Shown piece by piece: positions 47,994-59,170 of a stretch of DNA of 64,000 bases. Origin of the DNA: Amphiscolops sp. MND2022 (Eukaryota); assembly GCA_964187785.1 (NCBI GenBank), contig OZ076409.1, positions 85,500,001-85,564,000 of the forward strand, written 5' to 3'. Position 1 is the stretch's first letter. Each line of letters begins with the position of its first letter. The notes beneath the pieces are model-generated. The model was not told the origin of the DNA. It was given only the letters and a program-made list of their open reading frames with translations, and did no database searches. The translations under genes were made by a program, and so were the position numbers.

Positions 47994-49108
47994 TCTTTAG
48001 TCGGCGCTTTCGTAGAACGAGCAGACGATAGTAATGACATTAAAGACCGACGAACTGACAGATTTATAAAAGTTTATAAGCTCATAGTATCTTCTAACTG
48101 CCACTTGGCACAGAGGCTAACTCGGATTTTCTGAGAACCGAGAAGCAGGAGCACGTAAGTTCGAGGTCCCCCCTTTTGTTTTTTCTGCACTGTGCAATTT
48201 TTCGCCCAATTTTTTCAATCGAAGTTTCCCGTTTGGATTTTTAGCAGAAACACAGCGTTTTGCGAGCATAGAGGGCCTCTGAGTAGTTTTATCCGGCTTA
48301 ATACGATTTACCGGAGAATAAAAAAAATCTGACAAAAAAATTTTTAGAAAAAAATAAATATTTTGGCTCTGTGCTACTTTGTTTTGGAAAACTTTTTATC
48401 TGTTCCAATGGTACACTTTCACTTTTTTCGACGGAATTCGATATTTTTATTCAATTTGTTCAACTAAATGACTACCTCAGAAACGCATCTAAAATAGTGC
48501 AATGGTCCCCCTTTCATTTTTTCCTTTCCTTATGTAACGGACAAAAGCGGACGAGACTAAAGACCCCCTTCCGATTTTTCCGCTTTGTGAGACTTTTTTT
48601 GGATTTTGGATGTCCTCAAAGGGCCCCCTTCAATTTGTTTGGATATTTGGCAACATATTGGATGTTAAAAAAGCACAAAGAGGACCCTTTTACCCTTTTC
48701 GTCATTGTAAGATTTTTCATAATGATTTATTTCGTGTCTAAAAAAATGTTTTCTCACTGGTCCAGGAGGATGTATTCGAAATATATTACGCTTCATTAAA
48801 GAGGTGGTGGTCGAGGTTCAAACACGTTGCGCAATATCCGAATTTTGACGTTATGTTCTAAAGTATACGGCGTTTTACTCAGGAGCAGGTGGATGTTCGC
48901 AAAGTTGCGCTTCATTCGAATTTTAGTTTTCTAAGACCAGCGAACTAACATTTTCCATGAACATTTCTGGAAGGTAACTTAGCACCATCTAATTTGCACT
49001 TGCTTGGTACTCCTATGATTCATATATTTTACTCAAACGCCATGGCATGTTTTTGAAATTAAGCGTTTTGAGCTTACAGCTGGAACCTTGAAATGTTCCC
49101 GTAATGTT
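47994..49108 (+). mobile_element. Older family-A Helentron-like copy (3' end degenerate)
   Basis: TTTAGTCGGCGCTTTCGTAG head; internal AAGGGCCCCCTT-type blocks shared with other copies. Confidence 0.5.
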
Positions 49109-52100
49109 CCTACTTCGAATATGAGTTGTTCGAATTGCTACCAAACACAATTATGGAAATACTGAAAAAGGTATAACTGAAGCAAAATCAAATTAGCTAT
49201 ATATATCGACTTCAATTGGCTGACAAAAGACGCTTAATCGAACATTTACCTCCTCCTTGTAAAACGCAATTTGCTTCGGATTCAACGTCAAAACTCTGAT
49301 GTAGCGCAAGTTCTTGAACCCCTCCTCCTTCTTAGTAAAGCACAATTTATAACTGTAAAAGTTCGATTAAAGCGCGCTGGGACAAATGACAGCTCTTTTA
49401 CTGACCACCACCATAATAAATGAAAATAGCAGTAAAATGTGGAGATTTGGCAAACTTTGAAAAAAAAATGCAACACAAATTATACGTTTCCTCCCCCATA
49501 CAAAAATGAAGTTAAGGTGTCAGAAAATAACGACGCAAAACCTGTTCCTTTACTTTGTTTCTCGCAGTGATAGAACATGTTAATCAGAGGGTTTTTGCCA
49601 GAAGAGAATTTTACGCCCCACTTAAACGCTTAGTACCAAAAAAGGAGTTTAAGGAATACGAACTAATCGTTTTCCTAATTTTTTTGGTATTCAGCGTTCA
49701 AGAATACGAACTAATCAAACATGATTTGAGTTGAACCTGCTTCGTTGTTTGAACCATACTGGACTAGTTTTTGTTTCCGACTGAGGTTGTTGACACGCAA
49801 ATGGTTGAGCTCAAATGGGCACCGGTTCACTCGGGTGGCTCTTGCTCCGCCCTTACTAGAATGTGCAAGATCAGCTGACTATTGCAAACGATGTAATTCA
49901 CGCGAATGATTCGAAGATTTGCTACCCACACTTGAATCGGCAACTGCTGTTACTCAAATGTCAAAATAATTCCAGTTCGGGATGTTTTCTATTCTATCTG
50001 CCAACTGAAAGACATTAAATCCGACGTTGACCTAACCCAGTTGCCGTCCGCTTACCTTTGGGCTGGCTACTTAGTGGGCTTATTTCGAAACAGTGTCCGT
50101 TTTCGACTTGCTCCAAAGCTGTGACCCAAAATATGGACGATTGTATACTCTCTGACCGGGACTGGTACGACAAAAACTGTAGGGGGAGTAAAAACAAGTG
50201 GATTCCCGTTCCGCAACCATTGCGGGAGTGGCCAAGATACTTGATGGAACAAAAAACAACGATGGGTCTTGATACCAGGTGCGTATGTCGTGGACCGATG
50301 ACCAAAGTTGTTTACCAATGTATTCTCCCCTCGTGCAACTGAAATCGCTAAAACGCCAACGTCAAAAGAATGCCGACTTGAAAAACAGTTACGCAAAAAC
50401 AATTAGAGACGACTTCTCGAAACTTGAAAGTACACAATTTACCACATTACACAGTTTGAAACATCTGACGGTTTACCAGCCAAGTGAATGGTATTTGCTG
50501 CAAAATCCGACCGTGCATGCACACAGTCCAGACAGAGTTCCTAATGGAGCTGCAAAATTTCAAGGTCAGTCCTCGAACAGTGCTCTCTTAACAAAACCGG
50601 ATTTGCAGCAGATCATTATCCACATTTTTTGTTTCCGTCACTATACTTATGCTGTATCTGCAGACACCGAAGTTCCTCCAAGTTGGAGCCATCCCACGTG
50701 CCGGACCATAACTTCCAAGTTTTTTGGCGAGAGCACCCAACAGTTGCTGTGTTCGAGTATGTTAGGCATATTATGGGCTCCGAAGATTCGCCTACATGCA
50801 CTGACTACGCACTGAAACGAACTGCACAAACATTGCCCAGCGATAATTGTCAACTTTCTAGATGCAGCACGGAGCGATCGAAACAACTTTTAAATGGATG
50901 ACTGCCTTGATTCAAGTCCAACGAAGCCTCTAACAAAGCAAAGGATATAGTTAAAATACTTGGCGTGGGTTCAAACTGACTACGTTTGTGTCTAATGTAC
51001 CAAACATATTCAGCGCAGTGGAACAGAACAGCGACAACACAACGACAGATGCGAGAGACATTCCTATGGAAGAAAAAATCTCAGATATTTTCGGACTGGA
51101 TTGATATCACTCAATCGAGACATCTGTTAGCGAAAGAACAAGTTCGAACATCGACAAAATTGTAACTTGAAGAGTTGTTCGGTTTGTACCAAGTTTAGTC
51201 ACCACCGCTGTCTGGGATCAAATTGGTCTCGTCGCAAAGTTCACCATCAAAGCGCGCCTGCGTTTGAAAGACACTTGGTGACTCAGCGGCCAGCAGTGAG
51301 ACGACAACTTGCTAGACGAAATCGTAACTAAGTTTTTGGAATGGAGTAAGGAGCTGTCAAATCTGAATGAAATTACCACATCAAGAAGTTACCTGTGTCA
51401 AACGTTTGAGACGTACGTTTGAGCAACTGTTGCTCGGTGACAACTCATAAGAAGCTTTCTTGTCAGAAAAAATTACTAGCAATCACGTGTTTTTGACGCA
51501 GCTGGCTTTCGTCCTTAGAAAAGGCGAGGACTGCTACAATGAATGCACAACGCGTTCCAAAGTCGGAATTACAAGCTGCACTACTTGTAGCACGACTGAG
51601 AGACGAGGTCTTACGTCCACTGATTTTGTCAAAAGACAAAAATTTCAAATCAAATGTAACTGTGCTTCAGTGGTTCCATTCCTTGGAAAAGCAGCCAACA
51701 CTTATTCCAAACCGACTAGCGGAAGTTCTAGAAGTACCCAGTGTTGGCGAGTGGCACTAGGCTCCTCCAGCTGACAACCCGGCTGATGCCTGGATCCGTG
51801 GGTTATCTTCAACGGCTTTTTTGAACAGCCGTTGGCTGATCGGACCGGACTCTCTAAGAGCACCAGATTCACCTTCAAAGCCCCCCAAAAACTTTCGTGC
51901 TAGTGGTTCAAAAAAGAGGTCCCCACTCTGAACTGCCTTTCAAAATGTTCATCGCACTCAAACAGATATCTTGAGACCGGAAATTTTGTGTGGATTGTTG
52001 AACCGACCTCACCTAGGAGACACCACCCACTAGCTCGCGCTGTAATGCTTAACTCGGCACAGATGCCGTCGCCAGGTCCCGTGAAGTCAAAATGCCATCT

Positions 52101-52216
52101 GAATGACATGTATGAAGAAAATATTGGCAAAAAACTATTTTGACGAAATTTATCCTTTTCATTTTGGGCATGCAGCATGTTGACAAACAATAACTTCGTA
52201 ATACGATTGAAAATAA

Positions 52217-52746
52217 TACAAGCCGCGAACGGCCCAAGTCGGCGCCATATCTAAGGCTCAAAAATAGCAAAGGGACTTCAAAGTGTCGAGTATTCTCTTC
52301 TACAGTACCCGCCTGAGGAAAAATTGGAAACAATCCGAATTTTTTTGAGTTCTTTTCTCGAATTTTTTTTGGTCTCCGGTAAGTCGCATAGTGCTGAAAA
52401 ATGTAAAAGGGGGAATGTTGGAGTTTTTGAACATCCATTTTTTTGCAAAGGAGATCCTTTGGAGACATTAGGAAAACTTTGCGAAAAAAGGTCTCAAAAA
52501 GCCGAAAAAAATCCGCACAAAAAATTTTGGTCAAGGGCGGGACTCGAACCCATGTCCTTCTGCTTGACAGACCTCAAAAAAGCCGTAACCTCTATGCCAA
52601 GTGTGCCAGTAGAAGTAGTGTGGCTCAGTTTAGTGTTAGTGCACGTCAACTTAATAAACTTATAAAATCTGTCAGTTCGTCGGTCTTAAAAAAAGAAAAG
52701 TCACCACTATTGTCTGCATTTTGCTACGAAAAGCGCCGACTAAAAA
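52217..52746 (-). mobile_element. Helentron/DINE-1-like element, family A, with internal tRNA-like segment
   Basis: ACAAGCCGCGAACGGCCCAAGTCGGCGCCATATC ... AAGCGCCGACTAAAAAA. Confidence 0.72.
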
Positions 52747-52759
52747 ACGATGGTTTCAA

Positions 52760-52835
52760 GCCGATTTAGTACAGTCGGTAGAGCTTTAGACTCGGAATCT
52801 GAAAGGGGCCAGTTCTATTCCCACAAGTCTGAGAT
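52760..52835 (+). mobile_element. tRNA-derived SINE head / tRNA pseudogene
   Basis: GCCGATTTAGTACAGTCGGTAGAGC (A box), TTAGA-CTCGGAA-TCTGA arm, degenerate B box AGTTCTATTCC; acceptor stem incomplete. Confidence 0.5.
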
Positions 52836-54798
52836 ATTTTTCGTTTTATTTAAAATCTCCAAAAGACCTTGCTATTCAGTTCAAAAAGTGTTGTTTACTA
52901 ATGGTTGCTAATGATGATTATTTTTGTTCATTTGTCAGTTGTTATTTAATTAAACATATATTTCTGGTTCATTGTTGGGCCGTTTGCTACCGATAACAGT
53001 TCCAATAAATATCTTTCATTTTTTATTGTTTCCCATTCAAAACAAAATACAGTTTCCACAGGAACACTTACTCCCTACTTGAACGCTAAATACCTAAAAC
53101 GCTACTAAAAGTACCAACTAATCGAACACTATTGGAGTTCAACCTGTTTTGGTGTTTAAACCATATTAGGCTAACTTTTGTTTTTCTCTGAAGGATTTGG
53201 AGCAATGACGTTCTAGGTCTGTAGAAAACGGAAGCACTTTACAAAGTTCTGACATGTATTCAATCTCGAAATATATATCTCTTCACCGAGACTATGTTTA
53301 GTATGGAACTTCAACTTATTCCAGATGACAAGATTTATAAAGTCAGCGAAAAACTTTACCAATTTTGGCTGATTAGCTTTTGCTTACATTTAGTCAATAA
53401 AAGTTATATGGTTACACGTGGTCACTTATCTTTTATAGCCATTCCGCTCAACCGTAATAACATGAAATGATAAACTTTCGAATACTCTTGAATAAATGTA
53501 TACAAGTTTTCATTTCTTCAGAACGCCGGTGATCTTCTTTAATTTTTTCTGACTAGTTTCTAAAATGGCATGCATGTAGCTTCTTACGTGAGCAGTAAAT
53601 AAATACAACGATTTTGTATGTAGTAATGTCACACCAAGTAACCAGCGAAAAATCTTAGAAGCTTGATGACGGTTGCTGACAGTTTTCACACTAAACGGTG
53701 ACGTCCAGTCGTTTATAAAACAAAATCCAACTCGATAGCATCCAGGAACTTGGGGTAACTTTTTTGGCCTTAGTTACATTTTACAAGCTACATCTCAACT
53801 TCAACCATGTTTGCATCAACCACAAGGTTGGTGATTATAAACTGCAACTCACAAGAACATTCTCGTCTGTATTTTGTCCTCTGCAAAAGCTCCGATATGG
53901 CTGAAAAGACACAAGTCTGAATGAAAACGAGATCCTTAATGTCTAGAACAAGGGAAAGCGTAAGCCTACATTCCTTAGAATAAAGTTTGTTCGTTGTCTT
54001 TGCTTTTATCGATTTGAATTGTATTTTTCATACTTTCAATTTAATGTTTAAAAAATTGGTTAAAACGGATATACTTCGGATGTAATGTTACCGTTATAAC
54101 GTATTTCAACAATCAAAGTTTTCCATTTGGAAAAATGATAGGTATAATGTATATCGTTTGTCAAGAGGTGGCTTCAACTGTTATGGTTTTACCATGCTCA
54201 ATTATCACGTATTCGGTTATTGTATTTCCTCTTCGAGATCTACGATTTGATAAAAGGTTTGATAAAAACTCATAACTCCCAGAGTAGGTAGCTGTTCAAA
54301 GCTAAAATATTTGTGGAAAAAGATATATCTTGAGATATCTACGACATGGGGAAATTTCGTCTGAAATATCTTTTGGTTGAGAAGAAGCGTATTTTTACAC
54401 ATATATGCGCTTAAAGTTATTTACTTTTATTCATGCATTTAGTTTTCTATGGAGTATGTCAAAAAACCATGCCGATGCTCAACCAATGTTTCAAAACAAA
54501 AGAAAATTGGAAACGCCAAAAACAGTTGTCATGTGATATTCAAGTTTTGGTTTTGAAAAATAAAGCATCAAACATGGTTCGTCTTTTTCGACTTGAAAAA
54601 GTAGAAATGTCCTATAAATAGATATTATCGAAAATTTTATAGTGTTTGTGTTTTGCTTCAGACTTCAACTACTGCTGAGATTGGCAACGACAGTCGGAAA
54701 ACAAAGTTTTCCCGCATAACTTCCTAAAAACTTGGACACCCATAATTCAGTTGCAACGACTGATTATTCCATTGCACATTTGATGAAAAAGCGTCAAA

Positions 54799-57700
54799 AT
54801 GTCAAAGAAGATTTGCCTCTCTGCAGAATCTGGTGCATCTCCGGGAACCAGCTCGAATGTTACATACAAATTTGACCGATGGTATACATTCATTTACTTT
54901 CCCATGGAACAATTGGATTATATGGATGATAAAGTTTATAGTTTAAAGGAATCTCCACCCCCGGATAATTCAGGTTTGTTCAGTTCATTTATTATGACCC
55001 TAGAGATACCATCTTGTGCCAATCCTGATTTGCAGATTCTATTGAAACCTGCGACGCCACCAATGGTCCCTCATACAACTCCTAACATGTTGAAACTTAT
55101 GCTGAGTAACTTGCCAAAAAAATCCCAGATTAGGCTGGAACTGAATGAAACCTTGAATATTTTTCTAGATGCTCAACCAACTATTTTGAGCCTCCCTGAA
55201 ACAGAAAATTCTTCAAGATGCGTGTTAAAACTAAATCGAAGAAGAATGATGCAATATGTCTCTGCAGACATAACAGGTTCCTTGAGCGTTTTCTCGTTTA
55301 TCTCGGAGAACGAGCAATCTTTATTGCAGAGAATCCAAGTTAAAGGGTTGACTTTTCCATTTCCCGTGGAACACTTGAATATTAATGAATATGAAAAGCT
55401 GCACATTGAAATGATCGAGCAACAAGAAGAAATTCAGAAACTTGAGGAAATAAATCGAAAGCAGTTGGAAATACCCGTCGAGGAGGAGAGTTTTGCCGAA
55501 AAAAGCGCGGGATCTAAACGAAAATGGTCAGCAACAAGTGTAAACCCTATTGCTTTCCTCAGAAATGAAGTAGAAGTCAACATTCGTACAAACAAAGAAC
55601 TTCAATACTTCTTACAGGAATTCATCGAAAGGCAAGATTTCAGCATTTCAAGATTGCTTCTCGGTCCTCAAGATATGTATGCAGTACCTACAGATGATGA
55701 CGAAGCAGAAGCCCGTTTTCCACCAGAAGACATTTTCCAAGTATCTCGTTGCTTAGAAAATTTGAACAAAATCTTTTTCGATCATATCATTCTACATTTC
55801 AGCTCTTTGGAACGCGTCGAAAAGTTTTCAAACTTTCTTGTGCAACATGGAAGAATCAGCAATGTTACTTTCATCGACACTCGTATAAGCATAGATGGAA
55901 TTGAAAAAAATGCGAACTTGGTTCTACTGATTAAGCTGACAGGTGAATATGACCAATTAGAATTTGTCGAGAAAGGTGGAGTTGCACTAGAGGACGAAAC
56001 GAAATACGAGAAGCTGCAATTCGTCAGCTTATTTTTCTCAAGAGGTGTATTAACAAGTTTCACGGTTGATGGGTCACTAAATGCTGGATGTTGCGAAAAC
56101 GTATCAAAGTTTTGTCGAAATTGGCACTTTAGAAGCAACTTGAGCAGCGTGAAGTGTTCCAACTTGAAACTGAACTGCTCAAAAACTGCTTGTGAAAAAT
56201 GCTCAATACTTATGATTATGGTGGTAGCTTGCAATAAAGATTGCGACAACATGGAAGAGAGGGTACTCGGATACGACAAAAGTGTCGTCGAACCAATCAG
56301 AATTATTTTCGGTCGAAATCGTTTCAAAATATCTCACGTGTTTTATACCACAGAAGAGCTACAAAGGTATATGCCATTTCCAACTGGCTCCAAACTCAGA
56401 CAACATGTTTCCATTGAATTTGGTAAACTGAACATCAGTCTGGAACATCATGAAGCAAGGTCAAAAATAAAAGACTTCTTGTTGCCTGCAGTAAGTGTAA
56501 TGGAAGATTTTGGTATTGAAATAAAGACATTGAATATACACGTTGATATCAACGATGAAGGATGGTCATTTATTAGGATCCCTGTATCAAAGCACGAGAT
56601 CGAAGTAGAGTTCAACAATGATATTTTTGTCACTTTTCCGCCGAATTCGATCAAAAATCTGACAACGATTGAAGTTGACACATCTATAAAATCAAGCGAT
56701 CTTGAGAGCATCTGTCTAAAATCAATCCTAACAATCAATCAAGTCAGTTCAACTTCTTTCATGAAGCAGATTAACGTCAAAACTTCCATCTCAGAGGCTG
56801 AAATGACAAATATTGTCTTCAAACAGTTCACTTCAAATGAATGGCGCTATATTGGAAAACGCGGGAAGATGACGATTGTTGGTAAATACAGCACGCTCTG
56901 TTTAGAACAAACTGGGACCCTTTGTACCTTCAGTGAAAAAGGTGATGATTTTCATCACTTTGACGATTTAGTTCGTGAGATCGATGAATACATTCTCGGC
57001 TCAGTCTATCTAGTCGTAAAACCCGAGAGTGAATCAGATTCGGTAATCGTAGATTGCGTGCAACATGGATCGGAAGAAATGGACGATTTCAAGTCTGATT
57101 CCAAGAGCGAGCTTATGAGAATCAAAAACATGGGAGCAGATGACAGAATAACTGCTCAAGTGCTTGGTAACATAAGCGTTGAGGAAGAATTACTAGAAGA
57201 TGGGAAATCTTCAAAATCTTCGTCTTTAGTTTTTTATCATCCGAAGAAACAACGTAACCTCAGAAAACTCCGAGTGTCTATTATTGACAGCTTGAGCGAT
57301 TCGACAGGGGCGCTAAAGTTGCATCTTGAAAAAACCGATGATACTAGACGTACATATTATTTGGAATTCTGCTTTCAAAAAACAGATCTTATGTTTCCGC
57401 TGGAACCTGTAGCAGATAGCTTTGTGAGTTTAAGCGGGTTGATTAATTGTGAGCCTTATAGTTGCCTGTTGAACTTAGCAGTTGAAGCAGATACTTTTAT
57501 GGATCCTGAAAAAGGGAATCAGACGCTTTCATTGGATGATTTGGTCATCGTGGTTGAAATTATGGAAGAAAATTCCCAACCAAACTTTGAGGTAAGCTGT
57601 AGATTTTTAGATGAGTGGACCAGAAACCGAATCAACCTGAAGTCTCCTACTTCTTTTCAAGTGAAAAAAGTATCAGTTCAACATCTTGATCAAATACACA

Positions 57701-58566
57701 CTGTATTCAGTGGAAATTTAGAACTTGCACGGAAAAAATTAGCAAGAAGTATCAATCGAAATGGTTTTCCTCTTGATTTCAACGTAACAACATCGGACAA
57801 TTACAATTTCTTAGAAGGGAATATCAAAATGAAGATGATTCAAAAACTATCGAAAGATGAAATAGATGAGCTATGCTCGTTCAATATAGGAATGACCTTT
57901 TTCCCGCCAGGTCAACTCATTTCAAGGTCAAATATGTACTGGGACAACCAAATATCATCCGCTAAATGTCGAATTGGACTTTCAATAAATTCCCTTGAAG
58001 AACTCCGCCAACTCTTTTCAAGGTCTTTGACGGACTGTATTCTGTTGAGTAGAATTCGAATAGTTCTGGAGAGCATTCAAAAGACCCAAATTGAATCCGT
58101 TTCTGAGAATTCGTTATCGCGTGGAATAGAATCCCTCGAAATCATACTTGATTTCATTGAAACAGCTGCGATTAATCTGCTGTTGACAAAATTTACAAAT
58201 TTCAAACACCTTGAACTGTTTGTTAATGATTTTCTGCCGTCTGAAAGTGCAGAAGAGAATGCTTTGTTCAAAGGTTTTGTCCCAATATCTTCTTTGCCTA
58301 ACGGTTTGAAGTCAATAAAACTTTCGAGAGTTCGCTCACCTGTGATAATTGACGACCTATTTGAAATTTTAACTGCCCATTTGGACACGTGTCCAACGGG
58401 TGTTCAATTGATCCAATTTTCAGGTATGAAAATTCATTGGAATTCAATTGAACAAGTTCAAAAATTCGCAGATAAACTGAGAACATACGTGCAAAAAATT
58501 AGAGAAGTTGAGCTGCTCTTCGACAACACAGTTATGGGTATTTCCACAGGCAGGGCTGTTCAATGA
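54799..58566 (+). CDS. Uncharacterised 1255-aa protein, single coding exon; central degenerate ZU5-like segment and LRR-like C-terminus
   Basis: Long uninterrupted ATG-initiated ORF preceded by a splice acceptor (TTTTGCTTCAG, ending 54661). Residues ~370-700 resemble the 61005 ORF. No transposon motifs. Confidence 0.8.
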   Translation: MSKKICLSAESGASPGTSSNVTYKFDRWYTFIYFPMEQLDYMDDKVYSLKESPPPDNSGLFSSFIMTLEIPSCANPDLQILLKPATPPMVPHTTPNMLKLMLSNLPKKSQIRLELNETLNIFLDAQPTILSLPETENSSRCVLKLNRRRMMQYVSADITGSLSVFSFISENEQSLLQRIQVKGLTFPFPVEHLNINEYEKLHIEMIEQQEEIQKLEEINRKQLEIPVEEESFAEKSAGSKRKWSATSVNPIAFLRNEVEVNIRTNKELQYFLQEFIERQDFSISRLLLGPQDMYAVPTDDDEAEARFPPEDIFQVSRCLENLNKIFFDHIILHFSSLERVEKFSNFLVQHGRISNVTFIDTRISIDGIEKNANLVLLIKLTGEYDQLEFVEKGGVALEDETKYEKLQFVSLFFSRGVLTSFTVDGSLNAGCCENVSKFCRNWHFRSNLSSVKCSNLKLNCSKTACEKCSILMIMVVACNKDCDNMEERVLGYDKSVVEPIRIIFGRNRFKISHVFYTTEELQRYMPFPTGSKLRQHVSIEFGKLNISLEHHEARSKIKDFLLPAVSVMEDFGIEIKTLNIHVDINDEGWSFIRIPVSKHEIEVEFNNDIFVTFPPNSIKNLTTIEVDTSIKSSDLESICLKSILTINQVSSTSFMKQINVKTSISEAEMTNIVFKQFTSNEWRYIGKRGKMTIVGKYSTLCLEQTGTLCTFSEKGDDFHHFDDLVREIDEYILGSVYLVVKPESESDSVIVDCVQHGSEEMDDFKSDSKSELMRIKNMGADDRITAQVLGNISVEEELLEDGKSSKSSSLVFYHPKKQRNLRKLRVSIIDSLSDSTGALKLHLEKTDDTRRTYYLEFCFQKTDLMFPLEPVADSFVSLSGLINCEPYSCLLNLAVEADTFMDPEKGNQTLSLDDLVIVVEIMEENSQPNFEVSCRFLDEWTRNRINLKSPTSFQVKKVSVQHLDQIHTVFSGNLELARKKLARSINRNGFPLDFNVTTSDNYNFLEGNIKMKMIQKLSKDEIDELCSFNIGMTFFPPGQLISRSNMYWDNQISSAKCRIGLSINSLEELRQLFSRSLTDCILLSRIRIVLESIQKTQIESVSENSLSRGIESLEIILDFIETAAINLLLTKFTNFKHLELFVNDFLPSESAEENALFKGFVPISSLPNGLKSIKLSRVRSPVIIDDLFEILTAHLDTCPTGVQLIQFSGMKIHWNSIEQVQKFADKLRTYVQKIREVELLFDNTVMGISTGRAVQ

Positions 58567-58694
58567 CAAATGTAGATAATATATAAATTTAAATATGCAA
58601 ATACTATAACCCTATACCTGCGATTTCTTTTTTGAACGTCCAGCATCTCACTCGTCGATATTCAGAACTTTTAATTTACTTGCCACAGTATTGA

Positions 58695-59170
58695 CAAACC
58701 AGCCGGGAACCGCAAAATCGGCGCCCGCTTAAGGCTCAAAAGAAGCAAAAGTACTTCGAAGCGTCAAAGATTTTTTCAAAAACTTCTCATTCTCACAGTG
58801 CCAAAAAGCCGGAATGGAGCCCCCTTTTGGCCTAAAAGGGCTTTTTTCACCAGATATTCAAAAAACCGTTTTTTTCTTGTTTTAATACCAAAAACATCAA
58901 AAAACCAAAGCGAGAACCTTTGTGAAATGAAAACTTCACCAATAAAATCGGACGGTGCCGATAGGGCACCAACAAATATTGCACACTTCCGAAAAAACCC
59001 ACAAATTCTTTTTAAATTCAGATATGTATATCAAAATATGAATGGGTTGACCCTCTCAATCACTTTGAATTTTTGATGAAACGGAGAATTTATGTAGAAT
59101 TTTTATGGTTTCCGGTCGGATTGGAAAAACACGTCGAACAGTCACAGTGATAGTCGTTATATAAACCCTC
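58695..59170 (-). mobile_element. Degenerate family-A Helentron-like copy
   Basis: CAGCCGGGAACCGCAAAATCGGCGCCCGCTTAAGGCTCAAAAGAAGCAAAAG matches the family-A tail. Confidence 0.5.

Larger units (their letters stand above)
49600..53195 (+). mobile_element. Heavily decayed BEL/Pao element with candidate LTR remnants
   Basis: Pol remnants WYLLQNP...AAKFQGQSSNSALL...PDL, FEYVRHIMGS.DSPTC, VPKSELQAALL and DNPADA at 50330-51860; diverged direct repeats at ~49605-49790 and ~53060-53195. Confidence 0.7.

Noticed and set aside
33039..48800. Numerous 60-160 aa F/K-rich ORFs in the track (e.g. 33039, 40038, 43447, 44194, 45487, 48371)
   Set aside because: They lie in AT-rich repeats or introns, often start at TTG/GTG and have no recognisable motifs; antisense ORFs over real exons are shadows.
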